DNA of 64,000 bases from Candidatus Parcubacteria bacterium. GTDB lineage: Bacteria > Patescibacteriota > Minisyncoccia > Phycocordibacterales > UBA2100. Numbering within the stretch: position 1 is the stretch's first letter; each line of letters begins with the position of its first letter. Positions 55,196 through 64,000 of the stretch are shown piece after piece. Location: positions 2,957-66,956 of the forward strand of contig JBEEJY010000005.1 of the NCBI GenBank assembly GCA_041168925.1, written 5' to 3'. The notes under the pieces are model-generated. The model made no database searches, was not told where the DNA came from, and saw only the letters and a list, made by a program, of their open reading frames with translations. A program made the translations under genes and the position numbers.

Positions 55196-56161
55196 ATGAG
55201 CATCCGGCATCCCGAGTATCAATATCTAGAGCTGATGCGGGAATGCATCGAGAAGGGCGACCGGCAGGTCGACCAAGGGCACGGCCAAGCGCACATCGGG
55301 CTTTTCGGACGACAGATACGCTTCGACCTCTCGCAAGGATTCCCGCTCCTCACGACGAAGCGCGTGTATTGGAAAGGCGTCTTGCATGAACTCTACTGGT
55401 TCATGAGCGGGCAGACGAATATCAAGTATCTCGCCGATAACGACGTGCATATTTGGGATGACTATCCATGGCGGATCTACATGGAATACGCGAAGAAAAA
55501 AAGACTGCCTGAAATGACGAAAGATGAGTTTGTCGCGAAAGTCAGGAACGACGCGGCATTCGCCAAGAAGCACGCGGATCTGCCGCGCATCTATGGAGAG
55601 ATGTGGCGCGCGTGGCCGGCAAAAGACGGTCGCGGCATCGACCAGCTCGGATGGGTCGTGCGCGAGCTTGCGAACGATCCTGGCGCGCATAATGCCATCG
55701 TCACCTCATGGAATCCGGAATTCCTCTACACGATGGCGAAAGACGAGGAGGCTAACCACTTCCCCATCTGCCACAACATGTACCAGCTCAACATCAAGCA
55801 CGGCAAAGTGTCCCTCCAGCTTTACCAGCGCTCGGCCGACATCTTCCTCGGCGTACCGTTCAATATCGCAAGCTATGCCCTGCTCGCACATATAATCGCA
55901 AAGATCCTCGGCCGCGAAGCCGGCGAATTCGTACATACCTTCGGCGATGTGCACATCTACGAGAACCATTTGGAAGCTGCAAAAGCACAGCTCGCGCGCG
56001 AGCCGAAGCCTTTCCCTTCGGTAAAAATCTCCGACGACGTAAAAAAGCTCGATGATTTCCGTCCGGAACATGCAACGCTCCAAGGATACGAGCCCCACGG
56101 AACGATACGCGCCGAACTCACCGTCGCCGGCTTTCGCAACCTGGAGAATAAACCGAATTGA
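55196..56161 (+). CDS. thyA: Thymidylate synthase
   Basis: FPLLTTKRV, ELYWF, PICH, QRSADIFLGVPFNIASY, GDVHIYENH. Confidence 0.96.
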   Translation: MSIRHPEYQYLELMRECIEKGDRQVDQGHGQAHIGLFGRQIRFDLSQGFPLLTTKRVYWKGVLHELYWFMSGQTNIKYLADNDVHIWDDYPWRIYMEYAKKKRLPEMTKDEFVAKVRNDAAFAKKHADLPRIYGEMWRAWPAKDGRGIDQLGWVVRELANDPGAHNAIVTSWNPEFLYTMAKDEEANHFPICHNMYQLNIKHGKVSLQLYQRSADIFLGVPFNIASYALLAHIIAKILGREAGEFVHTFGDVHIYENHLEAAKAQLAREPKPFPSVKISDDVKKLDDFRPEHATLQGYEPHGTIRAELTVAGFRNLENKPN

Positions 56162-56162
56162 T

Positions 56163-56780
56163 ATGGTTCGCGGAAAATTCATCGTGCTCGAAGGCGGCGA
56201 GGGGGCCGGCAAGTCGGTGCAGATGGGAAAGCTCCGCTCGATTATGCCGCAAGGCACTGTCTACACGCGGGACCCCGGCGGCGTCGAGACGGGCGAAGAT
56301 ATTCGGCGTCTGGTGCTCTCCAAGGAGACGCGCGGCATCGACGCAGCGACGGAGCTGCTTCTTTTCATGGCTGCCCGTGCGCAACTCGTCGCGGAATTGA
56401 TCGCCCCGGCGCTCGAGAACGGCAGTATCGTCGTATGCGACCGTTTCATCCTCTCGACGATCGCCTACCAGGTCTATGGCCGCAACCAGCTTAAATACCT
56501 GCCGCTCGTTCAGGAGATTTTCGCCTCGATCAGCCGCAGGTGCGCCCCTGATTTCACGATCTTTTTGGACGTCACTCCCGAAGCAGGATTGAAGCGCGCA
56601 CGCGAGCGTCTCGAGGCGCCGAACCGCTTCGACGACGAGGCGATCGAATTCCATCGACGCGTGCGCGAAGGATACAAAAAACATCTCAACGATTACGGTA
56701 CCTCGTGCACTATCGATGCGGATCGCTCCATCGAGGAAGTTTGGCAGGAGGTGGAGAAGGCGGTACAATCAGTACTCTGA
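56163..56780 (+). CDS. tmk: Thymidylate kinase
   Basis: FIVLEGGEGAGKS, TRDPGG, LLFMAARAQ, CDRF..STIAYQ. Confidence 0.96.
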   Translation: MVRGKFIVLEGGEGAGKSVQMGKLRSIMPQGTVYTRDPGGVETGEDIRRLVLSKETRGIDAATELLLFMAARAQLVAELIAPALENGSIVVCDRFILSTIAYQVYGRNQLKYLPLVQEIFASISRRCAPDFTIFLDVTPEAGLKRARERLEAPNRFDDEAIEFHRRVREGYKKHLNDYGTSCTIDADRSIEEVWQEVEKAVQSVL

Positions 56781-56841
56781 TTTCCGTATGATTTAGTTTG
56801 CGCTTCTTTGCCGATTACCAACCGTTAACTGCGAACGATTC

Positions 56842-58104
56842 ATGTACGAGCACGTCAAAAAACAAGATCCTGAAGTATTCGCTTCTCTCGAGGGCGAGGA
56901 ACGCCGCGAGTCGGAAGGACTTGAGCTCATTCCTTCGGAAAACTACGTTTCTGCGGCTGTGCGCGAGGCGAATGGCTCGTGTCTCACCAACAAATACTCC
57001 GAAGGTTACCCGGGCAGGCGCTATTACGGCGGGCAAACCTATACCGATCAGATAGAGACGCTCGCGATCGAGCGGGCGAAGGAGCTTTTCAATTGTACAT
57101 CCGCCAACGTGCAGACGCTTGGCGGGGCGAACGCCAATATCGCGATGTACTTCGCGCTCCTTGAGCCGGGCGAGACGGTGCTTGGCATGGATCTCTCGCA
57201 TGGCGGCCATCTCACCCATGGCCACCCGGTCACCTATCTCACCAAGATTTTCAAGTTCGTACGCTACAAGATGAAAAATCCCGATACCGGAGAGATCGAC
57301 TACGACGAGATGCGCGAAGTCGCGAAAAAAGAGAACCCGAAGATCGTGCTTGCCGGCTATTCGGCCTATCCGCGCGAACTCGACTACAGAAAATTCGTGG
57401 ATATCGCGCGCGAGGTGGGAGCTTATGCGGTTATGGACGTCGCCCATATCGCCGGACTCATCGCGGGCAAGGCTGTGAAAAGCCCTTTCGACTTCGGTTT
57501 CGACGTCATGACGTCGACAACGCACAAAACGCTGCGCGGCCCGCGCGGCGGACTTATCCTTACCCGCGAAAGCGAGGAGATCGCCAAAAAAATCGACAAA
57601 ATGGTCTTCCCCGGCCTGCAGGGCGGACCGCATATGAACAACATCGCGGCAAAAGCGGTGGCGTTCGGCGAAGCGCTCTCCCCTTCCTTCAAGACCTACG
57701 CTTCTCAGATATTGAAGAACGCAAAAGCGATGGAGAAAGTCTTTCTCGAAAATGGAGTGCGCCTGCTCACCGGCGGTACGAGCAACCATCTCTTGCTTGC
57801 CGACGTGTTCGGCTCGCTGGGCATCACCGGCCAGGAAGCCGAGACGCTGCTCGACCGAGTCGGTATCACGCTCAACAAGAACTCGATCGCGGATGATGCG
57901 CGAAAACCGATGGATCCTTCGGGTATCCGCTTCGGCACACCCGCTATCACCACGCGTAAATTCGGCGAGGAAGAGTGCGCGCGCGTTGCCAATCTCATGG
58001 TAGAGGCGATGAGGAAGAAAGACGATGAGAAAAAACTCGGTTCAATCCGCGAGGAAATCCGCATGATTTGCAAACGATTCCCCATCCCCGAGGCGTTCGT
58101 CTAG
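56842..58104 (+). CDS. glyA: Serine hydroxymethyltransferase
   Basis: ELIPSENY, NKYSEGYPGRRYYGG, GGHLTHG, TTHKTLRGPRGG, FPGLQGGP. Confidence 0.97.
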   Translation: MYEHVKKQDPEVFASLEGEERRESEGLELIPSENYVSAAVREANGSCLTNKYSEGYPGRRYYGGQTYTDQIETLAIERAKELFNCTSANVQTLGGANANIAMYFALLEPGETVLGMDLSHGGHLTHGHPVTYLTKIFKFVRYKMKNPDTGEIDYDEMREVAKKENPKIVLAGYSAYPRELDYRKFVDIAREVGAYAVMDVAHIAGLIAGKAVKSPFDFGFDVMTSTTHKTLRGPRGGLILTRESEEIAKKIDKMVFPGLQGGPHMNNIAAKAVAFGEALSPSFKTYASQILKNAKAMEKVFLENGVRLLTGGTSNHLLLADVFGSLGITGQEAETLLDRVGITLNKNSIADDARKPMDPSGIRFGTPAITTRKFGEEECARVANLMVEAMRKKDDEKKLGSIREEIRMICKRFPIPEAFV

Positions 58105-58108
58105 CGAG

Positions 58109-58714
58109 ATGGATCACCTTGCGCTCATACCGCTCGTGAAGTTTGTCGGCTACCCCGGCATCTTCGCGATCGTTTTCCTCGAATCGGGAATCTTCTTCGG
58201 CTTCTTCTTGCCGGGCGCTTCGATGCTCTTCACGGCCGGACTCCTCGCAAGCCAGAGCTTTTTCAACGTGTGGATCCTGATCCCTCTCGTGACGATAGCG
58301 GCCGTACTCGGCGACAGCGCGGGTTATTGGTTTGGCGCGAAAGTCGGTGTCCGGCTCTTTTTGCGCCCCGACTCGCGCCTCTTCAAACACGAGCATCTCG
58401 AGCAGGCGAAGCGCTTTTACGACAAACATGGCGTGCAGGCGATCATGCTCGCACGCTTTATACCGATCGTTCGCACTTTTGCGCCGATCGTCGCCGGAAT
58501 CGTGCAGATGCGCTACTCGATTTTTCTCTCATACAACATCGCCGGAGCGCTTCTGTGGGGATCTGGAGTGACGTTCCTTGGCTACGTACTTGGAGCGAAA
58601 GTCCCCTTCGTCGCGCATTACATCACCCCGATCGTATTGCTCATCATTATCGCAACGCTCATTCCCCTCGGATGGGAAGTGATCAAAGATAAATGCGCTA
58701 GACCAGCTGCTTGA
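58109..58714 (+). CDS. DedA family membrane protein
   Basis: FLESG..FFLPGASMLF, LGDSAGY, ARFIPIVRTFAP. Confidence 0.93.
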   Translation: MDHLALIPLVKFVGYPGIFAIVFLESGIFFGFFLPGASMLFTAGLLASQSFFNVWILIPLVTIAAVLGDSAGYWFGAKVGVRLFLRPDSRLFKHEHLEQAKRFYDKHGVQAIMLARFIPIVRTFAPIVAGIVQMRYSIFLSYNIAGALLWGSGVTFLGYVLGAKVPFVAHYITPIVLLIIIATLIPLGWEVIKDKCARPAA

Positions 58715-59513
58715 GCCGCGCGAGCCCGCCATGAATGCCGCCGAGATCGCCAAGCGATGAGTGGACAATCTCCGGGATCTCGGGAAACTTTCGCATGATA
58801 CCCTGCAGGTGAAAACGCACGCGATCGATCGGTATACCTATCTCGTTGAACATCGAGCCGCCGAGCACGACGCGCTCTGGCGACCAATGGAGGATCGTGT
58901 TGTGGAGTCCGTAGGCAAAGATGCGCGCAAGCTCTTCCCAGAGCGGCGAATCTTTCTCGATCTCCCGCGGATGTTTGGCGTACTTTTCCGCTATCGCGCT
59001 TCCCGAGACGAGATCCTCTAGGGTACGAGCATCCGGTCCCATCGAAAGGTACTGGCCGCCCGGCTCGAAGGTGAAGTGCACATGATCGATGACGCCGTCC
59101 ACAATGCGGGCGCCGCCGACGCCGGTCGAGACCGTGATGTAGGCGACAATCGACGCGCCCTTGCCGCCTCCCGCGGCGACTTCGCCGAGCCCTACCATCG
59201 CGGTGTCATTCTCAAGGTACACGTTCGTACCAAGAATCTTTCCAAAGTCCTCGGCCACGCGGTGCCCTCCCCAAAGCGGCAGGTTGCGGGCGCGCAACAG
59301 CGATGTTCTGTCGTGAGAAAGGACGCCCGCGATCCCGATCGAGACCGCTTGGATTGATGCGCCAGCGATCGCAAGCGTGGTTTCCGTAAAGACAGAGACG
59401 CCTTCTTCGTATGTCTGCGGAGTCGGCACGATCCGGGGATCGCTGAAATGTTCCAGGTCATCGCTGCCCGCGATCCTCATCTTGCTGCCTCCTATATCGG
59501 CGACGATAAACAT
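58698..59513 (-). CDS. ROK family sugar kinase
   Basis: DIGGSK, LENDTA, TVSTGVGG, VLGGS; Zn-binding Cys motif absent. Confidence 0.88.
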   Translation of the reverse strand: MFIVADIGGSKMRIAGSDDLEHFSDPRIVPTPQTYEEGVSVFTETTLAIAGASIQAVSIGIAGVLSHDRTSLLRARNLPLWGGHRVAEDFGKILGTNVYLENDTAMVGLGEVAAGGGKGASIVAYITVSTGVGGARIVDGVIDHVHFTFEPGGQYLSMGPDARTLEDLVSGSAIAEKYAKHPREIEKDSPLWEELARIFAYGLHNTILHWSPERVVLGGSMFNEIGIPIDRVRFHLQGIMRKFPEIPEIVHSSLGDLGGIHGGLARLKQLV

Positions 59514-59522
59514 GCGTTCTGT

Positions 59523-60098
59523 TCATTCCACCAAGGGTATCCCGCCGAAATCCGTCTCGCGCGCCACTTGGTACAGTGCATTGCGCACGAGCGCCGGAGC
59601 GCCGTTTCGCTCAACCACGTAAAACGCGAACCCTCGCATTTTTTTCACCGCTTCGTAGTCGGCGTGTCCCGGCATGGACGCGGAATCTTCTGCGCCTTCG
59701 ACCGGACTGTCGTCGACCATGACCATCCACGCCGATCCCGTGTTGACTACCAGGTGCCCGTACCCCGGCGGCATATATGCCGATTCACCCGCTTTCACTC
59801 TGATCGCCCTGAATTCTCCGACGGCATTCGGCGCGCTTTCATCGACAAGCTTTTGCTGCAGGACGATTCCTTCGCCCGCGACGAACCAGTAAGTCTCATC
59901 GAGATCGCCGATGTGATAGTGTCCGTAGGTCTTGATGTACTCGCTCCCGACGGTTCCCGTTTCAAGCACCGTGATATTGCGCTTTTTCGATCCGCCGCGA
60001 ATCATGTAGTAGTGGATCGCGGGGCCCGGCGCGCGCGGATCCATCAACACCTCTTTCATCTTTTCGTGCGAGCGCGAAGCGAATGGCTCGAATCCCAT
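59523..60098 (-). CDS. Cupin-type glucose-6-phosphate isomerase
   Basis: KTYGHYH, ETY, PPGYGHLVVN, RGFAFYVVE. Confidence 0.85.
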   Translation of the reverse strand: MGFEPFASRSHEKMKEVLMDPRAPGPAIHYYMIRGGSKKRNITVLETGTVGSEYIKTYGHYHIGDLDETYWFVAGEGIVLQQKLVDESAPNAVGEFRAIRVKAGESAYMPPGYGHLVVNTGSAWMVMVDDSPVEGAEDSASMPGHADYEAVKKMRGFAFYVVERNGAPALVRNALYQVARETDFGGIPLVE

Positions 60099-60121
60099 AT
60101 ATCGTATTGTAACATTTTGTG

Positions 60122-62089
60122 TCACGTCACGTTTCCCAATTCCTTTCGTTTCTCCAAATACTTGAGAACGGCGCTCACGTAGGCTGCATGAGACCATGCA
60201 AGCGGGGTCGCGGAGACTTGGTGCCCCGTACGCGGATCAAGCTGCTCCGAAAGCACGCCGGAAGGTTGCGCATGCTTCACCACCCAATCAAAGATTTCGC
60301 GTACCCGGTCGAGATCAGCGGGTTTCTTCGCCCCGGCGATGCGGTACTCGGCATACCACAGCGTCGTGATGATCCAGGGATTCCCGGCCGACTCTTTGTC
60401 GCGGCGGTAGTAATGATCCCCTTCGTAGCGCGCGAGGCCGCCCGCGGGATTGCCGTAGGAAAGCCGCCGGACGGTTTCTTCCCACGCGCGCTCGACCCTT
60501 GGATCGTCGTGCGGCAAGATTGCAAATGCGAAGATGCCGTAAACACTCGACGCGTCGACGGTGCGATCGTACACAAGGCCGCCCTGGGTGCGATTCACGT
60601 GTTTGACGAACGTGCCGGAATTCCCGTCCCACAGGTGCTTCAAGACCGCTTCCCTCGTTTCTTCGGACGCCTCGCGATAGAGTCTCTCGTTCTCTTCCTT
60701 CCCGAGCAGCTTGGAAAGTTCGGCCGCCGCAAAGAGCGCCGCGCAGACGCTCGAGGCGGTAAAAGTCGAAGTCCCGCGTTTCTCTTCCCACAGATCGTAC
60801 GACGCCTCCGGCAGGTGCGTCTTGGTGTCCCGATATTCGAGCAAGAAGTTTGCGGCTCGTTCGACGAGCGGCGCGTAGAGCGATTCGAGAAGTTCGAGAT
60901 CCTGATTGTGGAGATAGTATTTGTAGAGCGCATAAATGACGATCGCCGTTTCATCCTCCTGAATCGGCAACTGGTATTCCCCGTCTTTGATCCACGGATG
61001 CCAAGAGCTGCCGAGCGAGCGATCGGGCAAATACTTGTGCATCAGGTAGCCGTCGTCGGATAGAACGACGCGGCAGAACTCGAAAAAACGCTTGGCCGGG
61101 TTGCGCACCCCCGCGCGATCGAGCGCCAGCACCGCGAAGCCCGCGTCCCGCGGCCACACATACGAATAGGTATCGAGTCCGTACTGCAGCATGTCGGAAT
61201 CGAGCGAGGCGATCACGCCGCCGTCTGCGTCGACATGCGCTTTCGTGTACATCAACGATTGCTTGAAGAGCTTGAGGTGCGCCGGAGAGAGATCCGCGAA
61301 ATGTTTTGACGAGAGATTGAGCCAAGATTTCCAATATTCCCGCGCGCTCGTTGTAAGGTGCTCCGGCGTCTTGCGCAGCACGTACTGATTGAGCTCGATC
61401 ACATCTTCCACCCGCTGCCCGCAGGCGATCCAGTAATGACACTCCCGAGTCTGACCCGGCTCGTAGCTCGCGTAGAGACCGATCGCGGAATCCGCCGGGC
61501 CATGCTCGATCGGATTTTTCGAGAGCGCACCGTCGTCCGCGTCGCGATAGGTCCCTTCCTGGCCGTTGAAGTTGGCAAGGCCGATCGCATAATCGCCAAA
61601 CGGTTTTTTATCGAGCGCCGCGTGTATGAGGAAGATGCGTCGCCCTTTGTAATGGATGACGCTGTGGCTCGCCGGGTCGAAGTATGCCGTGTCTCCCCCG
61701 TGGGATTTGTAGATCTCGAATTGCTGCGCGAAGTAGAGACGTATCTCGCGCGCGTGGTCGTAGGTATTGGCGACGGAAATCGTCCGGAAGAAAATGCTGC
61801 GCTCGTTGTACACGATGTCGGCGATCTTCAACTCAACGCCGATGCGCGGATTTTTTGCCGAAATATGCGACGCGAGCGCGTCTTCTTCGGCAGACACGAC
61901 GATCTCCCACGAAGGATCTTCCGAAAACCAAGAGATCGAGCCGTCGACCCACACGCCGATACGGTGCAAATAATGCCCGCGCACGTGATCTTCGAGCCCG
62001 ACATGCGGGTAGTAGAGATCGCGCACCAGTCCCCGCTCGTCGAGCGCGACTGCGAGCTCGCCGTTGGAGAGTATGAGGGATCTCGACAT
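60122..62089 (-). CDS. Glycoside hydrolase family 15 (glucoamylase-like)
   Basis: YSYVWPRD, QEDETA, YDLWEE, ARYEGD.Y, SEQ, PLAWSHA. Confidence 0.93.
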   Translation of the reverse strand: MSRSLILSNGELAVALDERGLVRDLYYPHVGLEDHVRGHYLHRIGVWVDGSISWFSEDPSWEIVVSAEEDALASHISAKNPRIGVELKIADIVYNERSIFFRTISVANTYDHAREIRLYFAQQFEIYKSHGGDTAYFDPASHSVIHYKGRRIFLIHAALDKKPFGDYAIGLANFNGQEGTYRDADDGALSKNPIEHGPADSAIGLYASYEPGQTRECHYWIACGQRVEDVIELNQYVLRKTPEHLTTSAREYWKSWLNLSSKHFADLSPAHLKLFKQSLMYTKAHVDADGGVIASLDSDMLQYGLDTYSYVWPRDAGFAVLALDRAGVRNPAKRFFEFCRVVLSDDGYLMHKYLPDRSLGSSWHPWIKDGEYQLPIQEDETAIVIYALYKYYLHNQDLELLESLYAPLVERAANFLLEYRDTKTHLPEASYDLWEEKRGTSTFTASSVCAALFAAAELSKLLGKEENERLYREASEETREAVLKHLWDGNSGTFVKHVNRTQGGLVYDRTVDASSVYGIFAFAILPHDDPRVERAWEETVRRLSYGNPAGGLARYEGDHYYRRDKESAGNPWIITTLWYAEYRIAGAKKPADLDRVREIFDWVVKHAQPSGVLSEQLDPRTGHQVSATPLAWSHAAYVSAVLKYLEKRKELGNVT

Positions 62090-62092
62090 ACC

Positions 62093-63289
62093 CTACGAAC
62101 CGCGCTTCTGCAAACGCAGCCGCAAGTCGGACAGGGCGTTCATGTAGGCGATGTAGGCGTCGTAGGGCGATTCATAGGGGGAGAAGTAGGCATGCACGTC
62201 GCCGTCGGCAAACCACTTCGTGCACATGTAATAGAAATGGTCTGATGTCTGGAGGCGCCGCCAGTCGTCCAGGAGCTTGTGGTCGTTGGCTGCATGGATG
62301 CCGCTTTCGAGCGCATAGATATTTTCTATCGCCGCGCGCTGCATCGGGTTGCCGACCCATGCGGTGAGATCGCGGTCGGTATCCGCCCAGGTGACGACGT
62401 GTGGCATGTCGACCTCGTCGCGCGGCTCGTATGAGGAGATGACTTCCGACGGCGTCTTGAAGTCGAGTCCCGGATTCTTGCCGAGCTCCTCCGGCAATTT
62501 TTCTAAAAATTGGAAAATACCCGAGTCTTCCCACTGATGCTCGCCGAAGGTTTCAAAATCCATAAAAAGATTGACGGTATCGCCGTCGGCTGCGCCGATC
62601 CACGAAGCGAATTTTTCGGCGGTGAGCGGCCATTCGCTCCAGTGTTTCGACGAAAAACGAAAAGCGACATCGTCGGAAAGCCGGTAATTCTTCAGCAGGA
62701 GTCGTGCGTTTTGCGCGCCCTTTGGTTTATACACATAGTTCGGCGAGCGCCAGCCGAGGATCGGATCCCATCCTTCCGCGACGATGCCCGCATAGCCCGC
62801 CTTGTCGGCCCATTCTCCGAGGTCGTTGCGATACGAGAGCTCCGTGTTGCGAAACACGCGCGGCCAGACTCCGAAAAGACGGCGCATGAGCTCGCGGTGC
62901 TTCGTCACTTGCGCTTCGAATTCGAGCGGCGAGTAAAAAAACGCGAGTGAGTGGTAGTAGGTCTCGCCCAAAACCTCGGCCTGGCCCGTCTCGACAATTT
63001 TGCGGAAGAGATCGAGCGCTTCAGGTGCATGGCGCTCAAGCTGCTCAAGCGCCACGCCGGAGAACGAGAAACTCACGCGAAAGCTCGGATGCCGCTTCAA
63101 AAGGTCGAGCAGGAGGCGGGTCGTCGGGACGTAGGATTTCGCTGCCACTTTTTCGATGATTTTCTTGTTGTTGAGGTCGCTCGTGCCGCGGTCGTTGAAA
63201 TATTCGGGATCATTGCCTACGTCGAACACTCGATAGCGCTTGACGCGGTAGGGTTGGTGCACCTGAAGATAGACACAGACCGATTTCAT
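62093..63289 (-). CDS. Glycoside hydrolase family 57
   Basis: VHQP, ETYYHSL, FRNTEL, FMDFETFGEH, LQTSDHFYYM. Confidence 0.94.
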   Translation of the reverse strand: MKSVCVYLQVHQPYRVKRYRVFDVGNDPEYFNDRGTSDLNNKKIIEKVAAKSYVPTTRLLLDLLKRHPSFRVSFSFSGVALEQLERHAPEALDLFRKIVETGQAEVLGETYYHSLAFFYSPLEFEAQVTKHRELMRRLFGVWPRVFRNTELSYRNDLGEWADKAGYAGIVAEGWDPILGWRSPNYVYKPKGAQNARLLLKNYRLSDDVAFRFSSKHWSEWPLTAEKFASWIGAADGDTVNLFMDFETFGEHQWEDSGIFQFLEKLPEELGKNPGLDFKTPSEVISSYEPRDEVDMPHVVTWADTDRDLTAWVGNPMQRAAIENIYALESGIHAANDHKLLDDWRRLQTSDHFYYMCTKWFADGDVHAYFSPYESPYDAYIAYMNALSDLRLRLQKRGS

Positions 63290-63325
63290 GCGGATTTTCC
63301 TTATTGTACAACGCAAACCGCCCCG

Positions 63326-64000
63326 TTATGACACGAGTTCGTGGACAATGCCGCTTACCTTCTTCGCCGCCTGTTCCCAGGTGAGCCGTTCCGCCTCTTC
63401 TGCCGCGTTCTCGGCGAGCGCTTCGCGCAAGCCCGGATATCCGACGACCGAAAGAATCATATTGGCCATTTCGTCGACGTCCCAGAAATCCGCTTTGAGC
63501 GCATGCTTCACCACTTCGCAGACGCCGGATTGCTTGGAAATGAGGACAGGCGTGCGCAGTTTCATGGCTTCAAGCGCGGTGATGCCGAACGGTTCGGATA
63601 CTGATGGCATGACGAACAAATCCGCGGAAGCATAGACCTCGTGACGATCAGATCCATTCAGAAAGCCCGTGAAAAACACATTGCCGCCTAATCCGAGCTC
63701 CGCGGCGAGTCGCATGACATGCTCTTGCATATCGCCGTCGCCGGAAAGCACAAAAAGTACTTTCGGATTGCGCTCCGCTACTTTCTTCGCCGCCCGCAGA
63801 AAATAATCCGGACCTTTCTGGAGCGTCACGCGGCCCAAGAAAAGCACGAGCGAGTAGCCCGATGCGCGCAACGCCCGCAAGCGCGGAAGACCGCTTCCCT
63901 CCCGGGGAACGGTCGCCTCGTCGATGCCGTTGTATACCACGCGCACTTTCCACGCGGGTATGCCATACTCGCGCGTAATGATGCTCTTCGTCATTTCAGA
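63326..64000 (-). CDS. GT4 glycosyltransferase, 5'-truncated by window edge
   Basis: LFLGRVTLQKGP, MPSVSEPFGITALEA. Confidence 0.92.
   Translation of the reverse strand, partial: SEMTKSIITREYGIPAWKVRVVYNGIDEATVPREGSGLPRLRALRASGYSLVLFLGRVTLQKGPDYFLRAAKKVAERNPKVLFVLSGDGDMQEHVMRLAAELGLGGNVFFTGFLNGSDRHEVYASADLFVMPSVSEPFGITALEAMKLRTPVLISKQSGVCEVVKHALKADFWDVDEMANMILSVVGYPGLREALAENAAEEAERLTWEQAAKKVSGIVHELVS

Noticed and set aside
1-64000. Alternative genetic code (TGA = Gly)
   Set aside because: Conserved genes such as dnaB, thyA and tmk end at TGA at expected lengths

Overview
GC-rich bacterial chromosome segment using the standard code (TGA = stop). Gene content and style (short UvrC, DUF5667/ECF pair, DUF5674, DUF378, SWIB, RND pump without TolC, GT4-GH57-GH15-cupin GPI-ROK cluster) suggest Patescibacteria/CPR, probably Parcubacteria (inference, no search run). 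It carries housekeeping genes (dnaB, recR, rplU, rmuC, ddl, uvrC, mreB, def-fmt, hpf), tRNA-Ala(TGC) and tRNA-Asn(GTT) each followed by accessory genes, and, unusually for CPR, much nucleotide biosynthesis (carAB; purL-Q-E-M-C-B; stand-alone IMP cyclohydrolase domain; folA; dcd-thyA-tmk-glyA) plus tdh-kbl. No CRISPR array, rRNA, integrase or transposase was recognised. Best leads: (1) an unannotated pyrL-like leader peptide plus pause and terminator hairpins before carAB; (2) two promoter- and terminator-bounded ~135-nt structured RNAs with C-rich loops flanking a small basic gene between mreB and def; (3) a CYTH gene heading the dcd-thyA-tmk cluster where Dcd has lost its motif-3 Asp, a candidate non-orthologous dUTPase; (4) a secreted Tyr/Asn-rich low-complexity protein; (5) a window-wide split between leaderless core genes and SD-led ORFans. 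All family calls are by eye from motifs, and several start codons were re-chosen.
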